Shown here: piece after piece, positions 19,243 through 28,799 of the stretch
How positions within the stretch are numbered: position 1 is the stretch's first letter
Layout of the letters: each line of letters begins with the position of its first letter
Source of the DNA: Candidatus Methanogaster sp.
GTDB taxonomy: Archaea; Halobacteriota; Methanosarcinia; Methanosarcinales; Methanogasteraceae
Assembly (NCBI GenBank): GCA_003194445.1
Contig: PQXF01000011.1
Span: forward strand, 49,201 to 90,942
Length of the DNA stretch: 41,742 nucleotides
Direction: 5' to 3'
Translations under genes and position numbers: made by a program
The notes under the pieces: model-generated
What the model was told of the DNA's origin: nothing
What the model saw: the letters and a program-made list of their open reading frames with translations, nothing else
The model's database searches: none

Positions 19243-19360
19243 TTACGAACACATCCGCGCATTGTTCTCCATTCCTCCGATCTTCAACGCCTCGCTGCAG
19301 TAGGGGCAGTTCGAGAGCGTCTTCTCTGCCGACCCCACCCCACCCCTCGGCATCCCAACA

Positions 19361-20404
19361 TCACCTCGTCCTGCCCCCGCCGGCGATATCGCCCCCAGCA
19401 ACCTGCTTATCCCGCCCAATCTCCCCCGTAAAATTCGCGATATGAAACACCTGCTGCCCCACCGTCTCTTCCGTCAATCGTGCCACCTGTATCCACGCCT
19501 CACCAACCGCAGTATCTCGTCGCCCCTGCATGTCCCTGTACTCGGCATAGATCTTGAACTCCATCCTGCCGTGTGGAAGTGGCTTCACCGAGAGCGCAAG
19601 CCCGGTCTCGTACTCCTGCTTCATCGTCTCAAGCGATGCGACAGTCTCGCCTTCCACAGGTGCGTCAAGCTTGATCTTCACATCCTTCGCAACGCCGTCC
19701 CCATTATTTACAATCCTGAGCAACACCCGCGAATACGTATCCTGCCTGAGATTATCAGTGGTCACGTCAACAGAGAGGTGGGGTGTGCCTGTGGTTTTGA
19801 TGCCTGTTATCTGTGATTCCGCTTCCAGAATGCCATATTCGCATGATTCTATATGCTCGATGCAGGTTTCTCGGCTATATTCCACATCTTGATCGAACTC
19901 CATTCGTAACGACTCGTTGAAGTGTTCAACTGCACTTTCAAGTAGTGGCAAACTCTCTTTATATGCAGAAAGCGCTTCATCCCAGTTAAAAACAGCCTCG
20001 GATGCCTTTGCAAGACAATGATGATAGAGTGCACGATCATGATATGCACCACCAATCATGGTATGATACGATGCAATATCATCCTGTTCTTCAGAGATTT
20101 CTGCCGCCTCCGCAATTGATGAGTGTGAAGGGAGTAAGTAGCTTGCAGCTTCCCTGAAATATTCCGCCTGTTCGCTGCCGGATGGTGCATCTACAACAAT
20201 ATTGTTTGCAAGTAACAGATACTTATTTCCCTCTGCCATACGTGCATCCTTGGTCCGGATCAACCTGCTTTCTTCTGTTTCTGCCCTCTCTGCTGCCTGC
20301 AGATAAAGAACGATTGCCATATCTAACAACTCGACCGCTTTGTCCACATCCTCTGTTCCGATTGCTCGATCGCAACATTCCTCTGCCTGTTCCCATAGTT
20401 CCAT
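19361..20404 (-). CDS. paralog C of a helical (TPR-like) domain family, fused to a beta domain and Gly-rich tail
   Basis: 347 aa; N-terminal 200 aa homologous to the two downstream-encoded paralogs (MELWEQA.../MELCEQA...); C-terminus ...[18 protein letters not shown]. Confidence 0.5.
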   Translation of the reverse strand: MELWEQAEECCDRAIGTEDVDKAVELLDMAIVLYLQAAERAETEESRLIRTKDARMAEGNKYLLLANNIVVDAPSGSEQAEYFREAASYLLPSHSSIAEAAEISEEQDDIASYHTMIGGAYHDRALYHHCLAKASEAVFNWDEALSAYKESLPLLESAVEHFNESLRMEFDQDVEYSRETCIEHIESCEYGILEAESQITGIKTTGTPHLSVDVTTDNLRQDTYSRVLLRIVNNGDGVAKDVKIKLDAPVEGETVASLETMKQEYETGLALSVKPLPHGRMEFKIYAEYRDMQGRRDTAVGEAWIQVARLTEETVGQQVFHIANFTGEIGRDKQVAGGDIAGGGRTR

Positions 20405-20410
20405 CTCTTT

Positions 20411-21028
20411 TCACCTCACAGATCGCCTCTTCGCTTTCGCTTCCCGAATGCCTGCTCTGCACAATTTCATGTAGTCAAGGCAGTCTTTTCGGCTCTTCCT
20501 CCGATCCCTGTTGGATTCGATCTGCAGGGACTTATTAATATGCTTAAGCGCGGTTTTAAGAATAGAGAGCGCCTCCTTGTAGCCAGAGAGCGCAGATTTC
20601 GTGTCACCAACCGCATAAGATGCCCATGCAAGATAATAATGATGGAATGCCTGATCAGTATATGCGATACCAAGCCTGTTGTAATACGGAGCCTGGTAGC
20701 CTTGTTCTTTGACGATTTCCGCTGCTTCCGTTCGCGATGAAACTGCTGTAAGCATCTGATCCGCAGCCTCTTTCAGATAACCTGCCTGCTTACTTCCGGA
20801 CGACGCAATTGCAGCGTCAACAAGTTTGCTAGCAATCATGGTGCATCTATTCGCCTCTGAATTCCTTGCATTCCCTATGCAAGCTGCTCTTTGCACTTCT
20901 GTTATATCTTGCTCTGCTGACTGCAGCCAGAGTGAGATCGCCTTATCCAGGAGCTTGATCGCAACATCTTCATTCCGTGCTTTAGCTGCTTCATCCTTGT
21001 ATTTTGCTGCCTGTTCACATAGTTCCAT
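20411..21028 (-). CDS. paralog B, helical repeat protein
   Basis: 205 aa; clearly homologous to 21035..21661 at the protein level, with near-identical nucleotide blocks (e.g. ttaagaatagagagcgcctccttgtagccaga at 20560 and 21180); 6-nt spacing to neighbours. Confidence 0.5.
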   Translation of the reverse strand: MELCEQAAKYKDEAAKARNEDVAIKLLDKAISLWLQSAEQDITEVQRAACIGNARNSEANRCTMIASKLVDAAIASSGSKQAGYLKEAADQMLTAVSSRTEAAEIVKEQGYQAPYYNRLGIAYTDQAFHHYYLAWASYAVGDTKSALSGYKEALSILKTALKHINKSLQIESNRDRRKSRKDCLDYMKLCRAGIREAKAKRRSVR

Positions 21029-21034
21029 TTCTAT

Positions 21035-21661
21035 TCACCTCGCGGACCGCATCTTCGATCTCACACCTTGAATGCTCGCTCTGCACCATTCCATGTAGTC
21101 AAGACAGTCGTTTCGGTTGTCCTCCCTATCGCTGTTGGATTCTATTCGCAGTGACTTATTAAAATGCCCAAGCGCGGTTTTAAGAATAGAGAGCGCCTCC
21201 TTGTAGCCAGAAAGCGCAGTATCCAGATCACCAACCGCATCAGACGCCCATGCATGATAGTAAGAATAGAATGCCTTATTCGAATGTACAATACCGAGCC
21301 TGTTGTAATACACAGCAGAGTATCCATATTCTCTGGCGGTTTCTGCTGCTTCCATCCTGAGCAAACTGGCTTTGAGCATCTGATCCGCAGCCTCTTTCAG
21401 ATAACCAGCCTCAACGTCCCCTGATGACGCTCTTGCCTTATCAACAAGTTTGTTCGCAAACATAACACTTCTGTTCGCCTCCGCAGTCCTTGCATTCCCA
21501 ATATTAAGTGTTCTTGACATCTCTGTTTCACCTTGCTCCGCTGCCTGCAGCCAGAGCAAGATCACCTTATCAAGGAGCTTGATCGCCTCGTCACTATCTT
21601 CTGTCCTGCGTGCTCGATCCTTTAACTCCATCGCCTCGTCCCCGGGTTTCACTTCTTTCAC
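21035..21661 (-). CDS. paralog A, helical repeat protein
   Basis: 208 aa; see paralog B; start overlaps the upstream gene by 4 nt. Confidence 0.5.
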   Translation of the reverse strand: MKEVKPGDEAMELKDRARRTEDSDEAIKLLDKVILLWLQAAEQGETEMSRTLNIGNARTAEANRSVMFANKLVDKARASSGDVEAGYLKEAADQMLKASLLRMEAAETAREYGYSAVYYNRLGIVHSNKAFYSYYHAWASDAVGDLDTALSGYKEALSILKTALGHFNKSLRIESNSDREDNRNDCLDYMEWCRASIQGVRSKMRSAR

Positions 21662-22860
21662 CTCACAACCAGCATAACATCCTTAGCCCCCTCCTCCGGA
21701 AGGATGAACTCTCCCTTTCCATCCTCAACCATCTCCCTGAACGCAGCCATCACGATCTTCCTCGGAACCTGATACTGTAATGCCACCTTATCAGCCCTGA
21801 ACTGCGACATACCACCGGTCACCCCCTCTTTAAGCTTCGCAACCATATCTCCGATCTCCTCCTCGATTGAAACGGGCACGAACCACCCGGAAAAGAGCTT
21901 CGTCTTCTTATCACCGTCGTTCCCAAAGACCTCCCCCTCGCTCAGATCAACAAGATAGACGCTCTTGTTCATGTTTCTGATGCTTGTCACCTTATCAATG
22001 ATCCATTCGCTCCATCCTGTCGGCGATACCAGAACCAGAGCACCATAAGAATTTTTACCGCCTTCATCCGGTTGAATGAATCCCGTAATCATATCAGATA
22101 CATCCTTTCCGACTTTCCGGTAAATGAAACCCTCTTCATCCTCCGGAACCAGGAATTTGATCTCGAACCTGATAGTCGCACGTTTTTTGATCATGCCTCT
22201 CGTGATCTCTGCCGTGATCCCTTCATCCGTTGCACCTATCTCCCAGGCACTCCTGCCGTACTCATCCCCTGTGAGTGGATTGGTAACTCCCCTGCTGGTG
22301 AGGCGGGACTGCATCAAGGAAAAATAATTCAGCCGCAGGAACAAGGCATCTTCCTTTGATAGCAAACGATCCCGTATCGTCTCTTCATCCTCTGCCAAAA
22401 TGTTATCAATAGTGCTTTTAATCCGCTCCACCTCGCGGAGTTGCTCCAACACATTCGCAGATAGCAAGGATATCTTCTGCAACTCTTCACCCATCTGTTC
22501 CCTTTGCTCAACTTCAGACTCTAAAATCCGGCTCTCAATCTCCTGCTCCTTCTCAAGAATCGCTTGCTGCTGCAGGAGAATCCCCTCTTCCTTCGTTTCC
22601 AGTTGACTTTTCTTCTCACGCCATTCGTTCGCAATCCCTGAAACAACACCTCTGAAATCCTCGATCCGGGCGTCGATCAGTTCCCTGATGGCTTGTCCTG
22701 CCATACCCTCTGAAGCGTGCTCGCGGTATTCGTCGACTGACTCTCTGTGTACGCGTGTGGTCTCCTCAAGAACTCTCGCGTCCTCTAACAGTCTCCTGGC
22801 AGCAGACAGCACATCACCCATCTCGCCAGCGTCTCTGAAGAACAGCGGTTCCTTGTTCAT
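21658..22860 (-). CDS. uncharacterised protein: N-terminal coiled coil plus C-terminal alpha/beta globular domain
   Basis: 400 aa; residues ~90-170 coiled coil (QLETKEEGILLQQQAILEKEQEIESRILESEVEQREQ); C-terminal domain with ALVLVSPTGWSEW and SVYLVDLSEGEVFG segments; no canonical P-loop. Confidence 0.5.
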   Translation of the reverse strand: MNKEPLFFRDAGEMGDVLSAARRLLEDARVLEETTRVHRESVDEYREHASEGMAGQAIRELIDARIEDFRGVVSGIANEWREKKSQLETKEEGILLQQQAILEKEQEIESRILESEVEQREQMGEELQKISLLSANVLEQLREVERIKSTIDNILAEDEETIRDRLLSKEDALFLRLNYFSLMQSRLTSRGVTNPLTGDEYGRSAWEIGATDEGITAEITRGMIKKRATIRFEIKFLVPEDEEGFIYRKVGKDVSDMITGFIQPDEGGKNSYGALVLVSPTGWSEWIIDKVTSIRNMNKSVYLVDLSEGEVFGNDGDKKTKLFSGWFVPVSIEEEIGDMVAKLKEGVTGGMSQFRADKVALQYQVPRKIVMAAFREMVEDGKGEFILPEEGAKDVMLVVR

Positions 22861-23372
22861 CAGACTCCACCCCCGGCCGTTGCCATATCTTTCATCAGAA
22901 AGTCTGCCCTGTCCAGGAAGATGTTTCGCAGGTTGTCAACATCTCTCTTCACTTTTCTCATCTGCAAAATGATGTCAGACGTCTCTCCCTTCAGCACGTG
23001 GTCATAAACAAGGTCTGTTGCCTTCGTTACAACCTCCAATTCACTGAAGAGGTCTCTATCAAACTCCACCATCCGGTCCAAGGCGTCATCCGATACCTTA
23101 GCCTCCTTGAATAGTGGCGATAACCCGTAAGAAGCGTTCTCTATCTCGTTTCTGAAGAGGTCTATGGTGCTCTGAAGGTCTTTGATATGCTCCAGCACAT
23201 CACGCCGCCCATCCTTGTATGCTAAGTCGCCGACCTCATTGAGCGTATTATACGACTTTTTCAGTTCCCGTGAAAGCTTATCTCGTACAGCCCGGTCTGA
23301 GTTCAGTCTATCCTTCTGCACCCGATAACCGTAACCCGGAATGATTTTCTCTATCAATTTTGACATCTGCAA
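22860..23372 (-). CDS. small helical protein, first gene of the nine-gene cluster
   Basis: 170-aa ORF whose stop overlaps the next gene start by 1 nt; an AT-rich TATA-like element lies ~50 nt upstream. Confidence 0.45.
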   Translation of the reverse strand: MQMSKLIEKIIPGYGYRVQKDRLNSDRAVRDKLSRELKKSYNTLNEVGDLAYKDGRRDVLEHIKDLQSTIDLFRNEIENASYGLSPLFKEAKVSDDALDRMVEFDRDLFSELEVVTKATDLVYDHVLKGETSDIILQMRKVKRDVDNLRNIFLDRADFLMKDMATAGGGV

Positions 23373-23420
23373 TCACAACCTTCATCGCGTATCGATAGGC
23401 ACATCTTAAGACCACGACTC

Positions 23421-23430
23421 ATATAATAGT
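23421..23430 (-). promoter_or_regulatory. candidate TATA box for the minus-strand cluster (reads ACTATTATAT on the minus strand)
   Basis: AT-rich octamer ~50-60 nt upstream of the 23372 start, in an otherwise GC-balanced intergenic region; no BRE identified. Confidence 0.25.
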
Positions 23431-23567
23431 TGTTACTCATTGGTTAGAACAGTTTTGAGTTTCAATTTAACACCAAAGTGAGTTGACAGCCCAGCAGGTA
23501 CCTGTTCACCCAATCACAGAAACCTTCATAATTCCCAAACCAAGATCAGATCACAGGAGATCACATA

Positions 23568-26500
23568 ATGGAAACGATTACCGCAAGATACGATGCAAAA
23601 ATCATAGAAGAATCGATACAGCAATTCTGGGATGATAACGACACATACACACGCGTCCGGGACCTGCGAAAAGACAAAAAACCGTTCTTCTTCGTGGATG
23701 GTCCTCCATACACCACAGGACACATCCATCTCGGAACCGCATGGAACAAGATCATCAAGGATACGATCCTGCGGTACAGATCCATGAGCGGCTATCGCGT
23801 CATCGATCGCGCCGGATGGGACATGCACGGACTCCCGATCGAAGTAAAAGTCGAAGAGAAACTCGGGTTCAAAACAAAAAAGGATATAGAAACGTACGGG
23901 ATGGACTCATTCATATCTACGTGCAAAGAGTTTGCAATACAGAATATGAAGGAGATGACGGAGCAGTTCAAGCGTCTTGGGGTATGGCTCGACTGGGACG
24001 ACCCGTACATGACGCTTTCACAAAAATACATCGAATCGATCTGGTGGACGCTAAAGAAAGCGCACGAGAAGGATCTGCTCGAAAAAGGTCTGCGTGTGGT
24101 GAACTGGTGCCCGCGATGCGAGACAGCGATTGCCGATTCCGAGGTCGAGTACGGGGATCGGACGGATTCGTCGATCTATGTCAAATTTCCGGTGCTGGAT
24201 GAGGTGGATACGTTCATAGTCATCTGGACAACTACCCCGTGGACTATTCCTGCAAATATCGCGGTTGCTGTGCATCCTGACTTCGAGTACTCGAAGGTAC
24301 GGGCGTACAGGGATGGTAAAAGCGAGATACTGATCCTTGCTTCCGATCTGGTCGACCATGTGCTCCGGGAAGGCAGGTATCAGGATTACGAACTTCTCGA
24401 TGTCTGTTACGGAAGCGATCTGGTAGGGATGCAATACAACCATCCGCTTTCGGATATCGTCTCAAAACAGAACGAATTTACACACAGCATCGTTCCGGCT
24501 GAGTTTGTGACCACCGAGAACACCGGATGCGTGCATATCGCACCGGGTCACGGCGTGGACGACTTTGAACTTGGATCAAAGTATGGACTTCCAGCTTTCT
24601 GCCCGGTGGGACCTGACGGGAGGTACACAGCAGACGTAGAGCCGTACATTGGCGTCTATGTCAAGGACGCAGACCAGATGGTTATCGATGATCTCGATGC
24701 GCGTGGGCTCTTGCTTGCAAGCGGGAAGATCGTTCACAGGTACGGGCACTGCTGGCGGTGCAAAACCCCGATCATCTATCTTGCAACCGAGCAGTGGTTT
24801 TTAAAGATTTCAGAGCTTAAGGATGCGATGCTTGGTGAGGTCGAGAAGGTGAGCTGGTATCCCGACTGGGCTGGGTCTGCGAGGTTTCATGACTGGGTAT
24901 CCGGAGCGCGGGACTGGTGCATATCGAGGCAGCGGTACTGGGGCGTGCCGATCCCGATCTGGGTCTGCGACTCGTGTGGTAAGTACGAGGTGATCGGGAC
25001 CCGCGATGAACTCGAGAAGCGTGCGCCGGCATCTTCCGTGCCACCAGACCTGCACAGACCCTGGGTCGACCAGGTCACATTCGAGTGCGGATGCGGCGGA
25101 ACGATGCGGAGGGCAGAGGACGTCTTCGATGTCTGGTTCGATTCGGCAGTTGCATCGTGGGCGACGCTTGGGTATCCACGCGATGTGGATGCGTTTGATG
25201 AAATATGGCCGCCTGACTTCATCGTGGAAGGGCATGACCAGACCCGCGGGTGGTTCTATTCGCAACTCGGCGCGGGAATGGTTGCGTTTTCGCAGATTCC
25301 GTATAGAAGCGTGCTCGTACACGGGTTTACGCTGGACGAGACAGGAAGCAAGATGTCAAAGAGCCTCGGCAACGTGGTTGCTCCTGCGACCGTAATCGAG
25401 AAGGTCGGGGCTGATACGCTGCGCATGTACGTGCTATCCACGAACGCGCCCTGGGACGACCTGAAGTTTAACTTAGACGAGGTCGAGACCGTGCACCGTT
25501 TCATAAACATCCTCTGGAACGTCTACAGGTTCCCGCTGCCGTACATGATCCTCGACCGCTTCGATCCAGTGGCAGATGCGGTCTCGCTCGAATCGGTGCG
25601 TGGTGCGATGCGCCCTGAGGACCATTGGATCCTATCAAGGGCAAACTCGCTTGTACGCGATGTTACGTCTGCGATGGATGAATACAAGCTCCATACCGCG
25701 ACCCGTGCAATCACCGAGTTCGTGCTCGACGATCTCTCGAGATGGTACATCCAGTTGATCAGGCCGCGCACATGGACTGAGGCTGAAGATCCTGACAAAC
25801 TCGCGGTCTACAGGGTGCTATACGATGTGGTAACGACTGTTACACGTTTGATTGCCCCGGTAATGCCTTACCTTGCAGAAGCGATCTACCAGAACCTCGA
25901 AAGCGGAGAATCGGTTCATACATGCGATTGGCCCACCCCTGACCAGAGCCTGATCGATCCGCAGCTTGAGGATGATATGGCAGAGGTAAGAAGGGTCGTG
26001 GAAGCGGTTGCAAACGCAAGACAGGCAGGAAAGAGGAAACTCAGGTGGCCTGTGCGCCGTGTCGTGATCGCGCCTGCAAGCGAAGAAGTGGTACATGCCG
26101 TCGGATCGCTCTCTGCGGTACTATCAGAGCAGGCGAACGCAAAGGAGATCGTCCTGCTCGGCGTTGGCGAGGAATGGGACGAACTCGGCGTTGAGGCGAT
26201 CCCTGATATGGCGAAACTCGGTCCCGCGTTTAAGAAGGATGCTGGAGAGGTTGCGGACGCTATCAGGGGAGCTGATGCGAGCGCGATTAAGGATGCGATC
26301 GATGCGACGACCGGAAGCTACGATCTTGATGGGGTCTTGATCACAGGCGAGATGGTCAGTTTCGAAAGAACCGTTCCCACGTTCGCTTTCGCGTCAGAAT
26401 TTGCTCACGGAATTGTGTATGTCGATGTCTCGCTGACGCCGGAGATCGAGGCAGAAGGGTACGCGGCAGAGGTGATCCGTCGCATCCAGGATATGCGAAA

Positions 26501-26711
26501 GGAACTCGATCTCGAGGTGAATGAGGGTATCCGGATCACGGTCGAACTATCTGACGAACGGATCGCAGGTCTCTTGCAGGGCAGGGGGAGCTTCATCGCA
26601 GAAGAGGTTCGTGCAAAGGAGATATCGATTGGCGATGCAGCGGCAGCAGGAGATCTTGTGAAGGACTGGACGGTTGAATCTGTGGAGATGCGGATCGGTG
26701 TCGGAACCTGA
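23568..26711 (+). CDS. ileS: isoleucine--tRNA ligase
   Basis: 1047 aa; HIGH motif ([17 protein letters not shown]); KMSKS motif; editing (CP1) domain; C-terminal zinc-binding region (CGCGG). Confidence 0.95.
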   Translation: METITARYDAKIIEESIQQFWDDNDTYTRVRDLRKDKKPFFFVDGPPYTTGHIHLGTAWNKIIKDTILRYRSMSGYRVIDRAGWDMHGLPIEVKVEEKLGFKTKKDIETYGMDSFISTCKEFAIQNMKEMTEQFKRLGVWLDWDDPYMTLSQKYIESIWWTLKKAHEKDLLEKGLRVVNWCPRCETAIADSEVEYGDRTDSSIYVKFPVLDEVDTFIVIWTTTPWTIPANIAVAVHPDFEYSKVRAYRDGKSEILILASDLVDHVLREGRYQDYELLDVCYGSDLVGMQYNHPLSDIVSKQNEFTHSIVPAEFVTTENTGCVHIAPGHGVDDFELGSKYGLPAFCPVGPDGRYTADVEPYIGVYVKDADQMVIDDLDARGLLLASGKIVHRYGHCWRCKTPIIYLATEQWFLKISELKDAMLGEVEKVSWYPDWAGSARFHDWVSGARDWCISRQRYWGVPIPIWVCDSCGKYEVIGTRDELEKRAPASSVPPDLHRPWVDQVTFECGCGGTMRRAEDVFDVWFDSAVASWATLGYPRDVDAFDEIWPPDFIVEGHDQTRGWFYSQLGAGMVAFSQIPYRSVLVHGFTLDETGSKMSKSLGNVVAPATVIEKVGADTLRMYVLSTNAPWDDLKFNLDEVETVHRFINILWNVYRFPLPYMILDRFDPVADAVSLESVRGAMRPEDHWILSRANSLVRDVTSAMDEYKLHTATRAITEFVLDDLSRWYIQLIRPRTWTEAEDPDKLAVYRVLYDVVTTVTRLIAPVMPYLAEAIYQNLESGESVHTCDWPTPDQSLIDPQLEDDMAEVRRVVEAVANARQAGKRKLRWPVRRVVIAPASEEVVHAVGSLSAVLSEQANAKEIVLLGVGEEWDELGVEAIPDMAKLGPAFKKDAGEVADAIRGADASAIKDAIDATTGSYDLDGVLITGEMVSFERTVPTFAFASEFAHGIVYVDVSLTPEIEAEGYAAEVIRRIQDMRKELDLEVNEGIRITVELSDERIAGLLQGRGSFIAEEVRAKEISIGDAAAAGDLVKDWTVESVEMRIGVGT

Positions 26712-26773
26712 CCTTGAAGACGAGATAAGAGCGATCCGGTCTGGGAGACTCCAATGTTATAAGGAGGAAGGAG

Positions 26774-27019
26774 TTGAATAAAATAAAAGAACTGGAAGGA
26801 GGAAAGAAAATGGAAGAAGAGCGAGCAAATGGGTTGTACTGGGAAGAAATTCGCCAGACAGTAGCAGGACTATCTGCGTTTCCTGAACATTACCGGGCAG
26901 AAGTGCCGGGAGGGTGGCTTGTCCTGTCTGTGTTACATCTGTCAGATAGAGCTGGAACCGGTATTACCTTTTTCCCAGATCCTCATCACGAATGGACCGT
27001 CAAAGCAGACGATGATTAG
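26774..27019 (+). CDS. hypothetical small protein
   Basis: 81-aa ORF downstream of ileS; no motif recognised; start uncertain (second Met at 26810). Confidence 0.3.
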   Translation: MNKIKELEGGKKMEEERANGLYWEEIRQTVAGLSAFPEHYRAEVPGGWLVLSVLHLSDRAGTGITFFPDPHHEWTVKADDD

Positions 27020-27093
27020 GGGAGGGGTGCAGGTCAGGAGATGGAGGGAGAAGGTGGCACGCTTGTGGTGGTTGGAGAGTAGCTGAGGTAACG

Positions 27094-27402
27094 ATGAAAC
27101 AAATAGTAAAAGAAGTCGGAGAACTGGTAAAAAAGGAGTTTAACGTAGAGAAGGTGATTTTATTCGGCTCTTTTGCTTCCGGAGAACCTTCGCCGAGTAG
27201 CGACCTTGATATTTTAGTTATTATGGATACCAAATTGAAGCCTTACAAACAGTCAGCCTTAATCCGCATGAAGTTGGATGAAAAATTGGGTGTGAAAGTT
27301 CCCATAGACCTGATCGTGAGAACGCCACAACAGATTAACGAACGACTAAATTTGGGCGATTTCTTTATAAAAAATATATTAACCAACGGAGTCCATTTAT
27401 GA
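27094..27402 (+). CDS. minimal nucleotidyltransferase (MNT) of an MNT-HEPN pair
   Basis: LFGSFASGEPSPSSDLDILVIM motif; 4-nt ATGA overlap with the HEPN gene; AT-rich relative to flanks. Confidence 0.7.
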   Translation: MKQIVKEVGELVKKEFNVEKVILFGSFASGEPSPSSDLDILVIMDTKLKPYKQSALIRMKLDEKLGVKVPIDLIVRTPQQINERLNLGDFFIKNILTNGVHL

Positions 27403-27776
27403 AAGAACTGACAAAAGAATGGATAGACAAAGCAGAGGGTGATTTTAGTGTTGTTAATCGGGAATATGAGGCTAAAAACCCTATTTATGATGCGGTATGC
27501 TTTCACGCCCAGCAATGTGTAGAGAAATATATGAAAGCAATATTACAAGATAACAACATAAAGTTTGGGAAGGTCCATGACCTTGATCTCTTGTTGGAAA
27601 AATGTAAACATTTCGTGCCTCTTTTAGAAGAGCACAATGCGGAGTTAATAGAACTTTCCAGTTTTGCAGTAGAGATAAGGTATCCCGGTGTAACAGCGGC
27701 GGAAGAAGAGGCAGTAAATTGTATCTCGATAATGGAGGGGGTACGGAAGATTATAAAAGAGTATTTTGAAGAATAA
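27399..27776 (+). CDS. HEPN-domain protein
   Basis: 125 aa; CFHAQQCVEKYMKAIL HEPN helix and ...EIRYPGV motif; translationally coupled to the MNT. Confidence 0.7.
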   Translation: MKELTKEWIDKAEGDFSVVNREYEAKNPIYDAVCFHAQQCVEKYMKAILQDNNIKFGKVHDLDLLLEKCKHFVPLLEEHNAELIELSSFAVEIRYPGVTAAEEEAVNCISIMEGVRKIIKEYFEE

Positions 27777-27962
27777 CCGAGACAGAAAAGGAAAATGGAA
27801 AAATGAGATTTGCATTCGTAAAGATTGGGATAAAAAATCCTGTAAATCAGAGAAATCAAGGGAAGAGCGACTGCTGGTCGATTCAGGTGCGATTTATACC
27901 GTGGTTCCGGCAGAGGATTTGCAGGAACGGGGGATAGCCGCACACAGTGAAGGGAGTTTGAA

Positions 27963-28646
27963 TTGGCAGATGGCGAGGTCATTAAGCGCAAAGTAAGAAA
28001 CGCCTACTTTGAAGATGAGATAAGAGCGATCCTGACCTCGATACAGGATGAAATCCGATCGAGACTCGATGAGTTCGATTCGGTCCTGAAAACCGGGGAC
28101 GAGGAAAAAGTCTTCGCTGAACTCGTCTTCTGCGTATTAACCCCGCAGTCAAAGGCAAAATCCGCTTGGGCTGCCGTAGAGCGTCTTCTTGATAAGGATC
28201 TGCTGCTTGCCGGGACTGAGGATCAGGTTCTCAGGGAGTTAACCGGGGTGCGATTCAAGTATAAGAAGGCAGGATACATCATAAAAGCGCGGAACATGTT
28301 CATAATCGATGGTAAACTCGTCATCAAGTCCCGGATCAGCCGGTTCAGCGATGCCTGTGATGCAAGGGAGTGGCTCGTCCAGAATGTGAAAGGGATCGGC
28401 TACAAGGAGGCAAGCCATTTTCTGAGGAACGTCGGACATGGAGAGGATCTTGCGATTCTTGACAGGCACATACTGAAGAATCTGAGATCGCTTCAGGTGA
28501 TCGAGGAGGTTCCAGCTTCCTTATCGCGGCGGAGGTATCTTGAGATAGAGGAAGGGATGAAAGAACTTTCAGAGGGGGTTGGAATCCCTATGAGCCATCT
28601 GGATCTTGTTTTGTGGTATAAGGAGACTGGGGGGGTGTTTAAATGA
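27963..28646 (+). CDS. ogg: archaeal-type 8-oxoguanine DNA glycosylase/AP lyase (Ogg2 family, HhH-GPD)
   Basis: 227 aa; HhH segment with catalytic Lys (VKGIGYKEASHFLRNVG) and downstream Asp (ILDRHIL); size and layout typical of archaeal Ogg. Confidence 0.7.
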   Translation: MADGEVIKRKVRNAYFEDEIRAILTSIQDEIRSRLDEFDSVLKTGDEEKVFAELVFCVLTPQSKAKSAWAAVERLLDKDLLLAGTEDQVLRELTGVRFKYKKAGYIIKARNMFIIDGKLVIKSRISRFSDACDAREWLVQNVKGIGYKEASHFLRNVGHGEDLAILDRHILKNLRSLQVIEEVPASLSRRRYLEIEEGMKELSEGVGIPMSHLDLVLWYKETGGVFK

Positions 28647-28799
28647 GAAGTATATCCAAAATTCGTACTTACTCGAGTATTGTGTGGGTATCCACATAGA
28701 AAACCACGAGATTACACAAGATTAACACAGAAATCTTGTGGTTCATACCACAGGGTACCTGAGCATGTTCCAAAATTCGGGGTCGGGTCCTGTGCCGCT

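Noticed and set aside
23741-25510. Multiple 75-170 aa ORFs inside and antisense to ileS (e.g. 23741..24202, 24810..25322, 24887..25222)
   Set aside because: They lie fully within the strongly supported ileS reading frame and have Arg/Ser/Pro-rich, non-protein-like composition typical of spurious frames in GC-rich coding DNA.
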